Shown piece by piece: positions 20,326 through 29,989 of a stretch of DNA of 64,000 nt. A program made the position numbers and the translations under genes. How positions within the stretch are numbered: the first letter of the stretch is position 1; every line of letters starts with the position of its first letter. The notes beneath the pieces were generated by a model. The model saw only the letters and a list, made by a program, of their open reading frames with translations. It had not been told where the DNA came from and ran no database searches. This stretch comes from Alphaproteobacteria bacterium (GTDB lineage Bacteria > Pseudomonadota > Alphaproteobacteria > GM7ARS4 > G965262615): positions 1,376,001-1,440,000 of the forward strand of contig OZ253545.1 of the NCBI GenBank assembly GCA_965262615.1, read 5' to 3'.

Positions 20326-21060
20326 TTAGTCCATGTATTGTCCGCCGTTGATTGCCATGGTCTCGCCGGTGATAAAAGATGCATGGTCGGATGCCAAAAA
20401 ACAGGTCGCCGCGGCGATCTCTTCCGCCAAGCCAAAGCGTCCCACGGGAATGCCGCTGCGGATGGCATCGCGCACCTTCTCGGGAACAGCCGCCACCATG
20501 TCGGTATCAATGTAACCGGGGGCGACCACATTCACCGTCACGCCCTTTGCCGCTCCCTCCAGTGCCAATGCCTTGGAAAACCCAATAATGCCCGCCTTTG
20601 AGGTGGCATAGTTCACCTGTCCAAACTGTCCTTTTTGTCCGTTGATGGAGCTCATGCTGATGATGCGTCCCCAGCCGCGCTCCCTCATGCCCGCAAAAAC
20701 CAAACTGCTCATGTGGAAGACAGAATCCAAATTGGCAGACAACACCTCACGCCACGCCTCAACGCTCATTTTATGAAACGCGCCGTCACGGGTAATGCCG
20801 GCATTGTTCACCAGCACATCAACCGCACCCAGTTCTTTTTCCACCTGAGCCACGCCGTGCTGGCAGGCATCATAATCAGAGACATCCCACTTCCACGCCT
20901 GAATTCCTGTCTCTTTGGTGAAGCCTCGCGCTCGCTCCTCATTGCCCACATAGGTCACACCCACCGTGTGACCCTCTTTTTGCAACGCCCGCGCCACCGC
21001 CGCGCCGATGCCGCGCGTGCCGCCCGTCACCAACGCCACTCTTGCCATCTCAGATGCCAT
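20326..21060 (-). CDS. phbB: Acetoacetyl-CoA reductase
   Basis: TGGTRGIG, NNAGITRD, SSINGQKGQFGQVNYATSK, INGGQYM; follows thiolase. Confidence 0.95.
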   Translation of the reverse strand: MASEMARVALVTGGTRGIGAAVARALQKEGHTVGVTYVGNEERARGFTKETGIQAWKWDVSDYDACQHGVAQVEKELGAVDVLVNNAGITRDGAFHKMSVEAWREVLSANLDSVFHMSSLVFAGMRERGWGRIISMSSINGQKGQFGQVNYATSKAGIIGFSKALALEGAAKGVTVNVVAPGYIDTDMVAAVPEKVRDAIRSGIPVGRFGLAEEIAAATCFLASDHASFITGETMAINGGQYMD

Positions 21061-22235
21061 CACAGAGCCTCCACACACATGGCGATGCCCTGTCCGCCGC
21101 CAATGCACAAAGTGGCAAGCCCTTTAGAAGCCCCGCGTTTTTGCAACTCATGAATGAGGGTCACCAAAATGCGCGCCCCCGATGCACCAATGGGATGCCC
21201 CAACGCAATCGCCCCGCCATTGACATTGATTTTCTCCGAATCCCATCCCAAATCCTTTGTCACCGCACATGCTTGTGCCGCAAACGCCTCATTGGCTTCA
21301 ATCAAATCAAGGTCATCCATAGACCAGCCTGCAAGTTCCAACGCTTTGCGACTGGCGGTGATGGGTCCGCTTCCCATCAAAGCGGGTGACACCCCCACGG
21401 TCGCCCACGACACAATGCGCGCCAACGGCTGGCATTTTTGTCGCGTTGCACGCTCACCACTCATGACCACCACCGCCGCCGCGCCATCATTGATGCCAGA
21501 CGCATTGCCCGCCGTGACCGTCCCGTCCTTCTTAAAGGCGGGACGCAGTCTCTCCAGCTGCTCCAGCGTCACGCCATGACGAGGAAACTCATCATCGCTC
21601 ACCTCCACCGTCTCCTTGCGGTGGGTGACAGGAACAGGGATGATTTCATCCTTAAAGCGACCGCTTTTTTGCGCCTTTTCTGCTTTGCGTTGCGATGCCA
21701 AAGAGAGCTCATCTTGCTCCTTGCGGCTCACCTGCCATTTCTCGGCAACATTTTCGGCGGTGATGCCCATATGATAATCATTCATGGCGCACCAAATGCC
21801 GTCCTTGATCATGGTATCGGTGAAGCTCATGTCGCCCATTTTTTTGCCCTGACGCAACAACGCCGCATGGGGAGCAAGGCTCATGTTTTCTTGTCCGCCC
21901 GCCACGATGCAACAGCTGTCACCACAGCGAATAGATTGCGATGCCATCGCCACCGCCCGCAATCCCGAACCGCACACCTGATTGATGGTGACCGCCGTCT
22001 TATCCTCTGAGATGCCCGCCTTGAGAGCCGCCTGGCGAGCAGGATTTTGTCCGCAAGCAGCGGTGAGCACTTGTCCCATCAGCACCTCATCCACCTCGCC
22101 GCCATCAACAGATGACCGCTTCAATGATGACTCAATAACCAGTGCTCCCAAATCGCTCGCCGACACAGAGCTCAAAGCACCGCCCAGTGAGCCAATAGGC
22201 GTGCGCACCGCCGCGGTAATGACAATATCATTCAT
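21060..22235 (-). CDS. phbA: Acetyl-CoA C-acetyltransferase (thiolase)
   Basis: [25 protein letters not shown]. Confidence 0.95.
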   Translation of the reverse strand: MNDIVITAAVRTPIGSLGGALSSVSASDLGALVIESSLKRSSVDGGEVDEVLMGQVLTAACGQNPARQAALKAGISEDKTAVTINQVCGSGLRAVAMASQSIRCGDSCCIVAGGQENMSLAPHAALLRQGKKMGDMSFTDTMIKDGIWCAMNDYHMGITAENVAEKWQVSRKEQDELSLASQRKAEKAQKSGRFKDEIIPVPVTHRKETVEVSDDEFPRHGVTLEQLERLRPAFKKDGTVTAGNASGINDGAAAVVVMSGERATRQKCQPLARIVSWATVGVSPALMGSGPITASRKALELAGWSMDDLDLIEANEAFAAQACAVTKDLGWDSEKINVNGGAIALGHPIGASGARILVTLIHELQKRGASKGLATLCIGGGQGIAMCVEAL

Positions 22236-22280
22236 AACCTCACCTTATATCATATCCTATATCATATCCACTGTGTCATC

Positions 22281-22745
22281 TCAAGCACTGTCAAAAGCGG
22301 TGATGATTTTCTGCACGGCGGCATCATCGGCGGCATCTCGCAAACTGGCGCATCGCTCGCCATCACGAAAAAAGCGTGACACCAGCGACAGCGCATTCAA
22401 ATGATCCCCTCCCGCATCCACAGGAGCAATCAGTGCCATGACCAAATTCACATCCTCCCCATCGGCAGAGGCGAAATCCACAGCCTTTTCCAGCGTCACA
22501 AACGCCCCCATAATGCGGGTGATGCCTTCCAAGCGTCCGTGAGGAATGGCGATTCCTTTGCCCGTGCCAGTGCTGCCCAGTCGTTCGCGCTCAATCAACA
22601 CATCGAAAATGCGTCCATCGGAACAATCGGCATGAGGCGCAAGCAGGCGCGCCATCGTCTCCAGCAAGTCCTTTTTGCCTCCCACAGACACACGAGCCCG
22701 CACGCCATCCTTCACAATGATATCCGCCAAATCCATCGCCGTCAT
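22281..22745 (-). CDS. ptsN: PTS IIA(Ntr) protein
   Basis: RERLGSTG.G.GIAIPHG. Confidence 0.92.
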   Translation of the reverse strand: MTAMDLADIIVKDGVRARVSVGGKKDLLETMARLLAPHADCSDGRIFDVLIERERLGSTGTGKGIAIPHGRLEGITRIMGAFVTLEKAVDFASADGEDVNLVMALIAPVDAGGDHLNALSLVSRFFRDGERCASLRDAADDAAVQKIITAFDSA

Positions 22746-22826
22746 TCTATAGACTCACCACCTAAGCCGCAAGGTTGATTGCCCACACATTGAGCAATAG
22801 TATGGGCAATAGTATTCCTCACTGTC

Positions 22827-23579
22827 ATGAGCACACCGTCTCGCAAAAAATCACCCAGAGTCGAATTGTGGCTCTATGGCATCCATAGCGTCACCGCCGC
22901 CTTGAGCAATGAGGCGCGCATCTGTGATCAATGCCTCATTCAAAAGGATCTCAAAGAACGCCATCAGCACATTCATCGCTTGGCACAAAAAAAATCATGC
23001 GACATCACATTCGTGCCTCGTCAGCAATTGACTCATTACCTTCCGCCGATGGCGGTGCATCAGGGAGTGGCATTGCGATGTCTGGCGTTGCGAGAGCATG
23101 ATGTGAATTCGTTCTTTTCTCATCATCCTCGCGCCCATCGTCTTGTCATGCTGGATCGCGTGACCGATCCTCACAATGTGGGGGCAATCATGCGTTCGGC
23201 ATATCTGTTTGGCTGGCATGGTCTTGTGTGCTGTCGCGCCGATGCCCCGCCGCAAAATGCCATTGTTGCCAAATCATCATCGGGCGCATTGGAACACATC
23301 CCCATCATGCGGGTGACCAAGCTGACCGACATCATCACCCAGCTCCAAAAACGGGATTTCTTTTGTCTCGCTCTGGATGGCAAAAGCCGCCAGCAGCTGC
23401 ATGATGTCCCCGTTCCCTCACACCTTGCCCTGTTGTTGGGAGCTGAGGGACGAGGAATTCATCCGCAGCTGCACAAGCTGTGTGATGCCGCCGCCGCCAT
23501 TGGCACACGCCATCCCACGATGGGACTCAATGTTTCTAATGCCGCCGCCATTGCCTTTTATCAATTGCAGAAAAAGTGA
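22827..23579 (+). CDS. rlmB: TrmH/SpoU family rRNA methyltransferase (RlmB-like)
   Basis: LYGIHSV, HQGV, LDRVTDPHNVGAIMRS, GAEG.G, LNVS. Confidence 0.85.
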   Translation: MSTPSRKKSPRVELWLYGIHSVTAALSNEARICDQCLIQKDLKERHQHIHRLAQKKSCDITFVPRQQLTHYLPPMAVHQGVALRCLALREHDVNSFFSHHPRAHRLVMLDRVTDPHNVGAIMRSAYLFGWHGLVCCRADAPPQNAIVAKSSSGALEHIPIMRVTKLTDIITQLQKRDFFCLALDGKSRQQLHDVPVPSHLALLLGAEGRGIHPQLHKLCDAAAAIGTRHPTMGLNVSNAAAIAFYQLQKK

Positions 23580-23595
23580 TATAGCGTTATGAATT

Positions 23596-23669
23596 CGGAG
23601 TGTAGCTCAGCCTGGTAGAGCACTGCGTTCGGGACGCAGGGGTCGGAGGTTCGAATCCTCTCACTCCGA
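23596..23669 (+). tRNA. tRNA-Pro(CGG), CCA not encoded
   Basis: Cloverleaf; anticodon stem ctgcg/cgcag, loop TTCGGGA; GGTTCGAATCC T-arm. Confidence 0.95.
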
Positions 23670-23693
23670 CACAAAAACCATAGAGAAAACAAC

Positions 23694-25139
23694 ATGAACA
23701 CACATTCTTGGGACATTGTCATTGGATTAGAAGTGCATGCGCAGGTGACTCTTGCCTCTAAATTATTTTCGCCCTGCCGCATAGGTCGTGATGGGGTTGC
23801 CAATCGTCATGTTCATTTTGTGGATGCGGCGATGCCGGGCATGCTGCCCATTCTCAACAAGGATGCCATCACGCAAGCGGTGCGCACGGGACTGGCGTTG
23901 GATGCGGAGATCAATTTGTTTTCTCGCTTTGATCGCAAGCATTATTTTTACGCCGACCTGCCTCAGGGCTATCAAATCTCGCAGTATCATCATCCCATTG
24001 TGGGACGGGGCGCGTTGCCTTTTACCGCTGATGATGGCACAGAAAAAAGCCTTGCGGTGACTCGTCTGCATTTGGAACAAGACGCCGGCAAGAGCATTCA
24101 TGATGCCCATCCCTCCTATTCGCTGATTGACCTCAATCGCTCTGGCGTGACATTGATGGAGATTGTCTTTGAGCCGGAACTTCATTCGGCACAGGATGCG
24201 GGAGCGGCGATGCGAGCACTGCGAGCCTTGCTGCGCGCCATTGGCAGCTGTGATGGCAACATGGAGGAGGGCAATCTGCGGGCGGATGTCAATGTGTCGG
24301 TGCGCCGTTCGGGCGAGCCTTTGGGCACACGCACGGAGACCAAAAATCTCAATTCCATTCGTTTTATTCAACAAGCCATCACCTTTGAGGCAAATCGTCA
24401 GATTGAACTGCTGACCCGCGGCGAATCGGTGGTGCAACAGACGCGCCTGTTTGATTCCAAGAGCGGCGAAACATACGCCATGCGCAGCAAAGAAGAGGCT
24501 CATGACTATCGCTATTTTCCCGACCCCGACCTGCCGCCTTTGCACATCTCGGCTGACTGGGTGGCTGACATGAAGGCATCCTTGCCCGAATTGCCCCATC
24601 ACCGCCGAACGCGTTTTTGTCATGAATATCACCTCACCGCCGAGCAGGCGGCTCTGCTGGCGGATGACCCCGATATTGCTGATTATTTTGAGGCGGTGGC
24701 GAAAAATCACGAAAGCCACGATGTCGCCCGCTGGATGGTGGGCGATGTGTTTGCCTTTCTCAACAAAAATCATCTCACAATTCGCGACTGTCCCGTGACG
24801 CAAAACGATTTGAGCGATTTGCTTGATGAGATTAAAAACGGCACGCTGTCGCAGCGTCTTGCCAAAGAGGTGTTTCATGAGCTCACCCAAACGCCCAGCC
24901 ACACGGTGGCGGATATCATCAAAAGCCAGGGCATGGCGCAAATTTCCGATGATGACACCCTTGCCGCCATTATATCCGATGTGCTGGCGCAGCACGGCGA
25001 CAAGGTGGCGGATTATCAGGGCGGCAAGGACAAACTCTTTGGCTTTTTTGTGGGACAGGTCATGGCAGCCACCAAAGGACAAGCCAATCCGCAAAAGGTG
25101 GGCAATCTGCTGCGTGATGCACTGCAAAAGCCTTTATGA
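23694..25139 (+). CDS. gatB: Asp/Glu-tRNA amidotransferase subunit B
   Basis: IGLEVHAQ, FDRKHYFYADLP.GYQISQ, DYRYFPDPDL. Confidence 0.97.
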   Translation: MNTHSWDIVIGLEVHAQVTLASKLFSPCRIGRDGVANRHVHFVDAAMPGMLPILNKDAITQAVRTGLALDAEINLFSRFDRKHYFYADLPQGYQISQYHHPIVGRGALPFTADDGTEKSLAVTRLHLEQDAGKSIHDAHPSYSLIDLNRSGVTLMEIVFEPELHSAQDAGAAMRALRALLRAIGSCDGNMEEGNLRADVNVSVRRSGEPLGTRTETKNLNSIRFIQQAITFEANRQIELLTRGESVVQQTRLFDSKSGETYAMRSKEEAHDYRYFPDPDLPPLHISADWVADMKASLPELPHHRRTRFCHEYHLTAEQAALLADDPDIADYFEAVAKNHESHDVARWMVGDVFAFLNKNHLTIRDCPVTQNDLSDLLDEIKNGTLSQRLAKEVFHELTQTPSHTVADIIKSQGMAQISDDDTLAAIISDVLAQHGDKVADYQGGKDKLFGFFVGQVMAATKGQANPQKVGNLLRDALQKPL

Positions 25140-26169
25140 TTTTTATCTGCCCGATGACCGCATCGCACTGCGTCCCATGATGCCGCGCGACCGCGCCCGC
25201 CTGCTCACCATTGATCACGCCCATTGCCATCATGGCACAATGCGTCAGCTGGCGATGCGATTCAAACGCGGCGACCACATCGTGCTGAACGATACCCGCG
25301 TGCGCGCCGCGGCATTCACCGTGCATGGCACCGTGCGAGGACAATCAAGAGCGTTTTCGTGTCTGTTGCTGGGATGCAATGAGAATCAGCGCGATGTGTG
25401 GCGAGCATTGATGCGTCCGGCGCGCCATCTTAACGAAGGCATGGAGTTGTCTTTTGGCGATTCACTGACGGCGAATTTTGTCGGGCGCGATGAAACCAAT
25501 CATTGTTTGTTGCGGTTTGCCGATGCGACACATCTTGAAACACGACTGGAGCGGCTGGGTCACATGCCACTGCCGCCTTACATTGTGCGCCATCGCCATG
25601 CCGATGAGCGGGATCGCACCGATTATCAGACGCTGTTTGCTCGTCATGATGGCTCTGTTGCCGCGCCCACGGCGGGGCTGCACATCACGCCTGCTCTCAT
25701 TCGCAGCTGGCGGCGGCGGGGGGTGCGTGTGAGTTATGTGACGCTGCATGTGGGGGTGGGAACTTTCATGCCCATGCGCAATGACATTCATCAGCATCAT
25801 CTTCATGCTGAATGGGGTGAGGTGCGGACTTGCGTGGCGCGCGCCCTCAATGAGACGAGACGGCGCGGCGGGCGCATCATTGCCGTGGGCACGACCGCCC
25901 TGCGATTGCTGGAATCCGCCGCCGATGCAAGTGAACACATCCATCCTTTTTGCGGCAAAACATCACTCTTCATCAAACCCCATCATCGTTTTCGCAGCGC
26001 AAATTATTTATTGACCAATTTTCATCTGCCGTCATCATCGTTGTTTGTGTTGGTGTGTGCCTTTGCGGGAGCAGCCGCCATGCGGCGCGCCTATGCACTG
26101 GCAAAGGTGAATGGCTATCGTTTTTATTCCTATGGCGATGGATGTCTTTTGCAAAGACAGCAAACCTAA
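25117..26169 (+). CDS. queA: SAM:tRNA ribosyltransferase-isomerase
   Basis: YDFYLP...IA, PLPPYI, AAPTAGLH, TNFHLP, YRFYSYGD; true start overlaps gatB end. Confidence 0.95.
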   Translation: MHCKSLYDFYLPDDRIALRPMMPRDRARLLTIDHAHCHHGTMRQLAMRFKRGDHIVLNDTRVRAAAFTVHGTVRGQSRAFSCLLLGCNENQRDVWRALMRPARHLNEGMELSFGDSLTANFVGRDETNHCLLRFADATHLETRLERLGHMPLPPYIVRHRHADERDRTDYQTLFARHDGSVAAPTAGLHITPALIRSWRRRGVRVSYVTLHVGVGTFMPMRNDIHQHHLHAEWGEVRTCVARALNETRRRGGRIIAVGTTALRLLESAADASEHIHPFCGKTSLFIKPHHRFRSANYLLTNFHLPSSSLFVLVCAFAGAAAMRRAYALAKVNGYRFYSYGDGCLLQRQQT

Positions 26170-26173
26170 TGCC

Positions 26174-26202
26174 TTGCGATAAGAAATATAACCCAATATA
26201 AT
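26174..26202 (+). promoter_or_regulatory. Sigma70 promoter of the DUF4145 cargo gene (probably leaderless)
   Basis: TTGCGA-17-TATAAT, ATG 7 nt downstream, 4 bp after the queA stop. Confidence 0.7.
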
Positions 26203-26209
26203 GTTGTTC

Positions 26210-26872
26210 ATGACAGATATAAAAAAAGACATATCACCAAAATTTAGAGCAAAAGCATTTCAGTGTCCCCACTGTCATGCTTTCGCCCAACAAACATGGA
26301 AGAATATAATAGATGAAACTCGTCATAACACGCTAACGATGGAATATGGTAAAACAGTTCGCAGAATTTATGATTCAGCGGAATGTGTCGTATGTAAAAA
26401 ACTGTCCTTTTGGAAAAACAAAGAAATGATTTATCCTGCGACACCCAGCGCGCCCACCCCTACGGATGACATGCCACCAAGCGTCAAAAAGATTTATGAA
26501 GAGGCAAGACTTATTGAACCTCACTCAAAGCGAGCGGCGATGGTTCTTTTGCGAGTATGCCTAGAAAAATTGATGGCTCATTTACAAATGAAAGGAAAAA
26601 CGCTCAATGAAAAAATCAAGAACCTCGCAAAAAAAGGCGTGACAGAGGAAGCCATTCGTTGGCTGCTTGCCGTCAAGGTCATGGGCAATGAAGCCGCTCA
26701 CATCGGCAACATTGACCCAAACGATAAAGAAATCGTAGAAAAATTAAACAAAGTGTTCACCACCATTAATTTGATTGTGACAGTGACCATCACACTGAAA
26801 AACATGGCGGATGACCTCACCAAAAAACAACCCCAAAATAACAACCAGACAAAGCAAAAGAAAAATCCATAA
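26210..26872 (+). CDS. DUF4145 (HEPN-like) domain protein with N-terminal zinc ribbon
   Basis: AFQCPHC...CVVC, DMP..VKKIYEEA, LLR..LEKL, GNEAAH. Confidence 0.85.
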   Translation: MTDIKKDISPKFRAKAFQCPHCHAFAQQTWKNIIDETRHNTLTMEYGKTVRRIYDSAECVVCKKLSFWKNKEMIYPATPSAPTPTDDMPPSVKKIYEEARLIEPHSKRAAMVLLRVCLEKLMAHLQMKGKTLNEKIKNLAKKGVTEEAIRWLLAVKVMGNEAAHIGNIDPNDKEIVEKLNKVFTTINLIVTVTITLKNMADDLTKKQPQNNNQTKQKKNP

Positions 26873-26887
26873 GTTAAGGCATCTTTG

Positions 26888-26920
26888 GATGGCTGTTTGC
26901 TGACACGACAAGACGCGTAA
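26888..26920 (+). repeat. Diverged second copy of the queA 3' end (DGCLLTRQDA*)
   Basis: Aligns ungapped to 26137-26169 (DGCLLQRQQT*), stop in the same register. Confidence 0.8.
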
Positions 26921-26975
26921 TTAATTGCTTGATAAAATCTTTGAGAGTATTATAAACAAAGTAGGAGTTCGATGT

Positions 26976-27341
26976 ATGATTAGTGGCGTTGGTGTATTGG
27001 GTTGGCTTTTGGCTACGATTTTGGCATCCGTGATGGCTGTTCGCGGAACAGTGCATGTTGATGTCAATGAGTGGTTAAAGGGAAGAAGAAATAGAAAAAA
27101 AGAGCGTCTACAAAAACTCATACAAGAAACATGTCCTCATATACTTGTCGTAGACGGAAAGCCCACCTCCCAATTTTTCAAACAACCCGATTTGACATGG
27201 CGGTGCGATGGTTGTGGCACAGAGACGGATGATGAAGACTATATTCACCATGTTACTGAATATTGGATTAGCAATCCGAAAGGGTATGCAAAAGCCTTCG
27301 AAAAAAGAAACAAACTCATACGACAATATAACAGATTGTGA
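26976..27341 (+). CDS. Hypothetical protein, N-terminal TM + CPH...CxxC, paralog 1
   Basis: AGGAG RBS; GVLGWLLATILA TM; CPH and WRCDGC. Confidence 0.7.
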   Translation: MISGVGVLGWLLATILASVMAVRGTVHVDVNEWLKGRRNRKKERLQKLIQETCPHILVVDGKPTSQFFKQPDLTWRCDGCGTETDDEDYIHHVTEYWISNPKGYAKAFEKRNKLIRQYNRL

Positions 27342-27431
27342 TTGAATCACAATTTGGTGCATGGGCGTTAAGGCATGATTAATTGATTGATCAAGTCTTT
27401 GAGGGCTTTGTGAATAAAGCGGGAGGATTGT

Positions 27432-27824
27432 GTGATGAGTGGTTTCGATGCATTGGGCTGGCTTTTAGCTATAATTTTGGCATTCGTGATGCGCATTCGC
27501 GGGACAGTGACAGTGCATTTTGACCTCAATAAAGAGTTGGAATACAGAAGAAACCGAAAACAACGCTCGTTGGAAGAAGAACATCAAATGGTATGTCCAC
27601 ACGCATATCCACCTGAAGAAAGCGGTGCGAATAGTGTAAAAAGTGCATGTGAACATGATCCGTTTTATCTAGGATGGCATTGCAAACTGTGCTATAAGCG
27701 AATGTCTGACCGTGAGATGAAACTTCATAAAAACAAGATGAATTATTGGACTGAAAATGTCAGAGAATTAAGAAAAAAATACAAAAGAGCACAAAACCTC
27801 AAAAGAAAATCAGAAATAATTTGA
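27432..27824 (+). CDS. Hypothetical protein, N-terminal TM + CPH...CxxC, paralog 2
   Basis: GGGAGG RBS; DALGWLLAIILA TM; CPH and WHCKLC; upstream DNA homologous to paralog 1. Confidence 0.7.
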   Translation: MMSGFDALGWLLAIILAFVMRIRGTVTVHFDLNKELEYRRNRKQRSLEEEHQMVCPHAYPPEESGANSVKSACEHDPFYLGWHCKLCYKRMSDREMKLHKNKMNYWTENVRELRKKYKRAQNLKRKSEII

Positions 27825-27848
27825 TGGAAACACAATTAAAACATCTCT

Positions 27849-28943
27849 ATGTTTGAGCTCATCGCCCAGTCTGATGGGGCGCGGGCAGGAATTCTTCGCA
27901 CTGCGCATGGCGATGTTCCCACGCCCGTCTTTATGCCGGTGGGCACACGCGCCGCCGTCAGAGGATTGGAGACTCAGCAACTCAATCAACTGAACATTCC
28001 TATTATTCTTGCCAATTGTTACCATTTGATGGTGACACCGTCCGCGCCCACCATTGAAAAATTAGGCGGACTGCATCGTTTCATGAATTTTCATAAGCCC
28101 ATCCTTACCGATTCGGGGGGCTTTCAGGTGTGGTCGCTGGCACAGCTGCGCTCCACCCATGATGATGGTGTCACCTTTCGCTCCCATCGTGATGGCTCAC
28201 TGCTCACTCTGACGCCCCAATCGGTCATCACGGCACAGCATCAGCTGGGCAGCACCATCTCTATGGTTCTGGATGAGTGTCCCGCATGGACAACGCCTCG
28301 TAGCCAAACGCAAATCTCACTGGAGCGCACCCATCGCTGGGCATGGCGCGCCTTGGATGCCTACACGCCGCGCACAGGCTACGGACTGTTCGCCATCACC
28401 CAAGGGGGCAGCTATGAGGATCTGAGAGTGCAATCGGCACAACATCTCACGCAAGGCGACAGATTTGATGGCTACGCCATCGGCGGCTTATCGGTGGGCG
28501 AGAAAAAAGACACCATGCAAAATATGGTGGCATTGGTGACACAGCACCTCCCCGCCGCCAAGCCACGCTATCTGATGGGGGTGGGTCGTCCGCTGGATTT
28601 GCTGGAGGCGGTGGCACGGGGGGTGGATATGTTTGATTGCGTCCTGCCCACCCGTTGCGGCAGAAACGGCAAAATCTTCACCCATCACGGCGAGATGACG
28701 CTGCGCAACAGTCGCTACCAACACGATGCCCGTCCATTGGATGACCAATGCTCATGCCCCGTGTGCCGAGACTACAGCCGCGCCTATCTCCATCACCTGC
28801 TGCGCAATCACGAAATGAACGCCGCCTCCCTGCTTTCATGGCACAACATCGCCTTTTATCATCAGTTCATGACCGCCATGCGCGAAGCCATCATTGACAA
28901 GCAATTCAAAAGTTTTTACAAAAAATGGCATCATCGGCTATAA
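27849..28943 (+). CDS. tgt: tRNA-guanine transglycosylase
   Basis: TPVFMPVGT, TDSGGFQV, RYLMGVG, DMFDCVLPTR, CxCxxC. Confidence 0.97.
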   Translation: MFELIAQSDGARAGILRTAHGDVPTPVFMPVGTRAAVRGLETQQLNQLNIPIILANCYHLMVTPSAPTIEKLGGLHRFMNFHKPILTDSGGFQVWSLAQLRSTHDDGVTFRSHRDGSLLTLTPQSVITAQHQLGSTISMVLDECPAWTTPRSQTQISLERTHRWAWRALDAYTPRTGYGLFAITQGGSYEDLRVQSAQHLTQGDRFDGYAIGGLSVGEKKDTMQNMVALVTQHLPAAKPRYLMGVGRPLDLLEAVARGVDMFDCVLPTRCGRNGKIFTHHGEMTLRNSRYQHDARPLDDQCSCPVCRDYSRAYLHHLLRNHEMNAASLLSWHNIAFYHQFMTAMREAIIDKQFKSFYKKWHHRL

Positions 28944-29077
28944 TATGCGCGCCGCCATCGTCGCCAATCAATTCAAACAATTTTACAGCGAATGACATCA
29001 TCGGCTATAACATGCGCGCCGCCATCATCGCACATCGCTTCAAACAATTTTACAACGAATGGCATCATCGGCTATAA
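28878..29077 (+). repeat. Three tandem diverged copies (67-bp period) of the last 22 codons of tgt
   Basis: Units 28878-28943, 28945-29010, 29012-29077, each ATGCGC...CATCATCGGCTATAA. Confidence 0.95.
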
Positions 29078-29086
29078 ACAGACATC

Positions 29087-29989
29087 ATGACCCCGTCCAT
29101 TCATCTATACCAAGACGATTGCCTCAAGCACATTCAACACTGCCATCGGTCTTTTGATTTATCCTTCATTGACCCGCCCTTCAATCAAGGAAAAGAGTAT
29201 CGCCTTTTTCATGACTCCCAAGACGATGCCGCATACTGGCAATGGGTCAATGAATATCTCCATGCAATACGACAAAAAACATCATCAGGAGGCGCGATTT
29301 ATTTCATGCAGCGCGAGAAAAATGCCGCTCGCGTGATGCAGTCACTTCTTGACACAGGATGGCACTTTCAAAATCTCATCATTTGGAAAAAGAAAACATC
29401 GGCTGTTCCGTGTCAAAACAGATTCGGCAAGCATTATCAAATCATTGTCTATGCCACCAATGGCGAGCGAGCGCGCATTTTTCATCGTCTGAAAATCAAG
29501 CCGCCCAAACCCCCACACTACAAATACGACTACACCAACGGACGCTTTCTCACCGATGTGTGGGATGACATCAGAGAAATGACCTCAGGTTACTTTGCTG
29601 GCACAGAAGCATTGCGAAACAATCAGGGCAATCGCTGTCATAAGCAACAGTCGCCCCTTGCTTTGCTGACGCGCATAATTCTGTCATCAACAAAAGTGGG
29701 CGATACCATTTTAGACCCGTTCGCGGGAACAGGCACAACGCTCATCGCCGCGCGCCAGCTCACGCGCCACTGTGTGGGCATTGAAATTGACCCCGTCAAT
29801 GCCACCCTCATTCAAAAACGGCTGGATGATCACCGCCCAGCCGATGATATTCAAAAATACCACAACGATTATATTTTTACCGACACACTGGATGAAATCT
29901 GGGGCAGAGCAAATTCCATCAGCACCCGCGCGCCCATAAACAAACCCATCACACACGATGACGAAACACTACCCCTATTTCTCTCATGA
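29087..29989 (+). CDS. Orphan beta-class N4/N6 DNA methyltransferase
   Basis: DPPF near N-terminus, DPFAGTGTT near C-terminus; no adjacent endonuclease. Confidence 0.9.
   Translation: MTPSIHLYQDDCLKHIQHCHRSFDLSFIDPPFNQGKEYRLFHDSQDDAAYWQWVNEYLHAIRQKTSSGGAIYFMQREKNAARVMQSLLDTGWHFQNLIIWKKKTSAVPCQNRFGKHYQIIVYATNGERARIFHRLKIKPPKPPHYKYDYTNGRFLTDVWDDIREMTSGYFAGTEALRNNQGNRCHKQQSPLALLTRIILSSTKVGDTILDPFAGTGTTLIAARQLTRHCVGIEIDPVNATLIQKRLDDHRPADDIQKYHNDYIFTDTLDEIWGRANSISTRAPINKPITHDDETLPLFLS

Noticed and set aside
22246-22269. 12-bp tandem duplication upstream of phbA
   Set aside because: Two copies only; trivial slippage.
23763-25127. Long antisense ORFs (also 36952-38064, 54366-55313, 3049-3792, 4529-5302)
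   Set aside because: Shadows of well-supported genes on the opposite strand.
26878-26901. GIFGWLFA read as a third TM-paralog remnant
   Set aside because: Another frame gives the queA tail DGCLLTRQDA* with the stop in register, a better explanation.
28878-29077. CRISPR-like 67-bp periodicity
   Set aside because: Whole units are homologous and translate as tgt C-termini.
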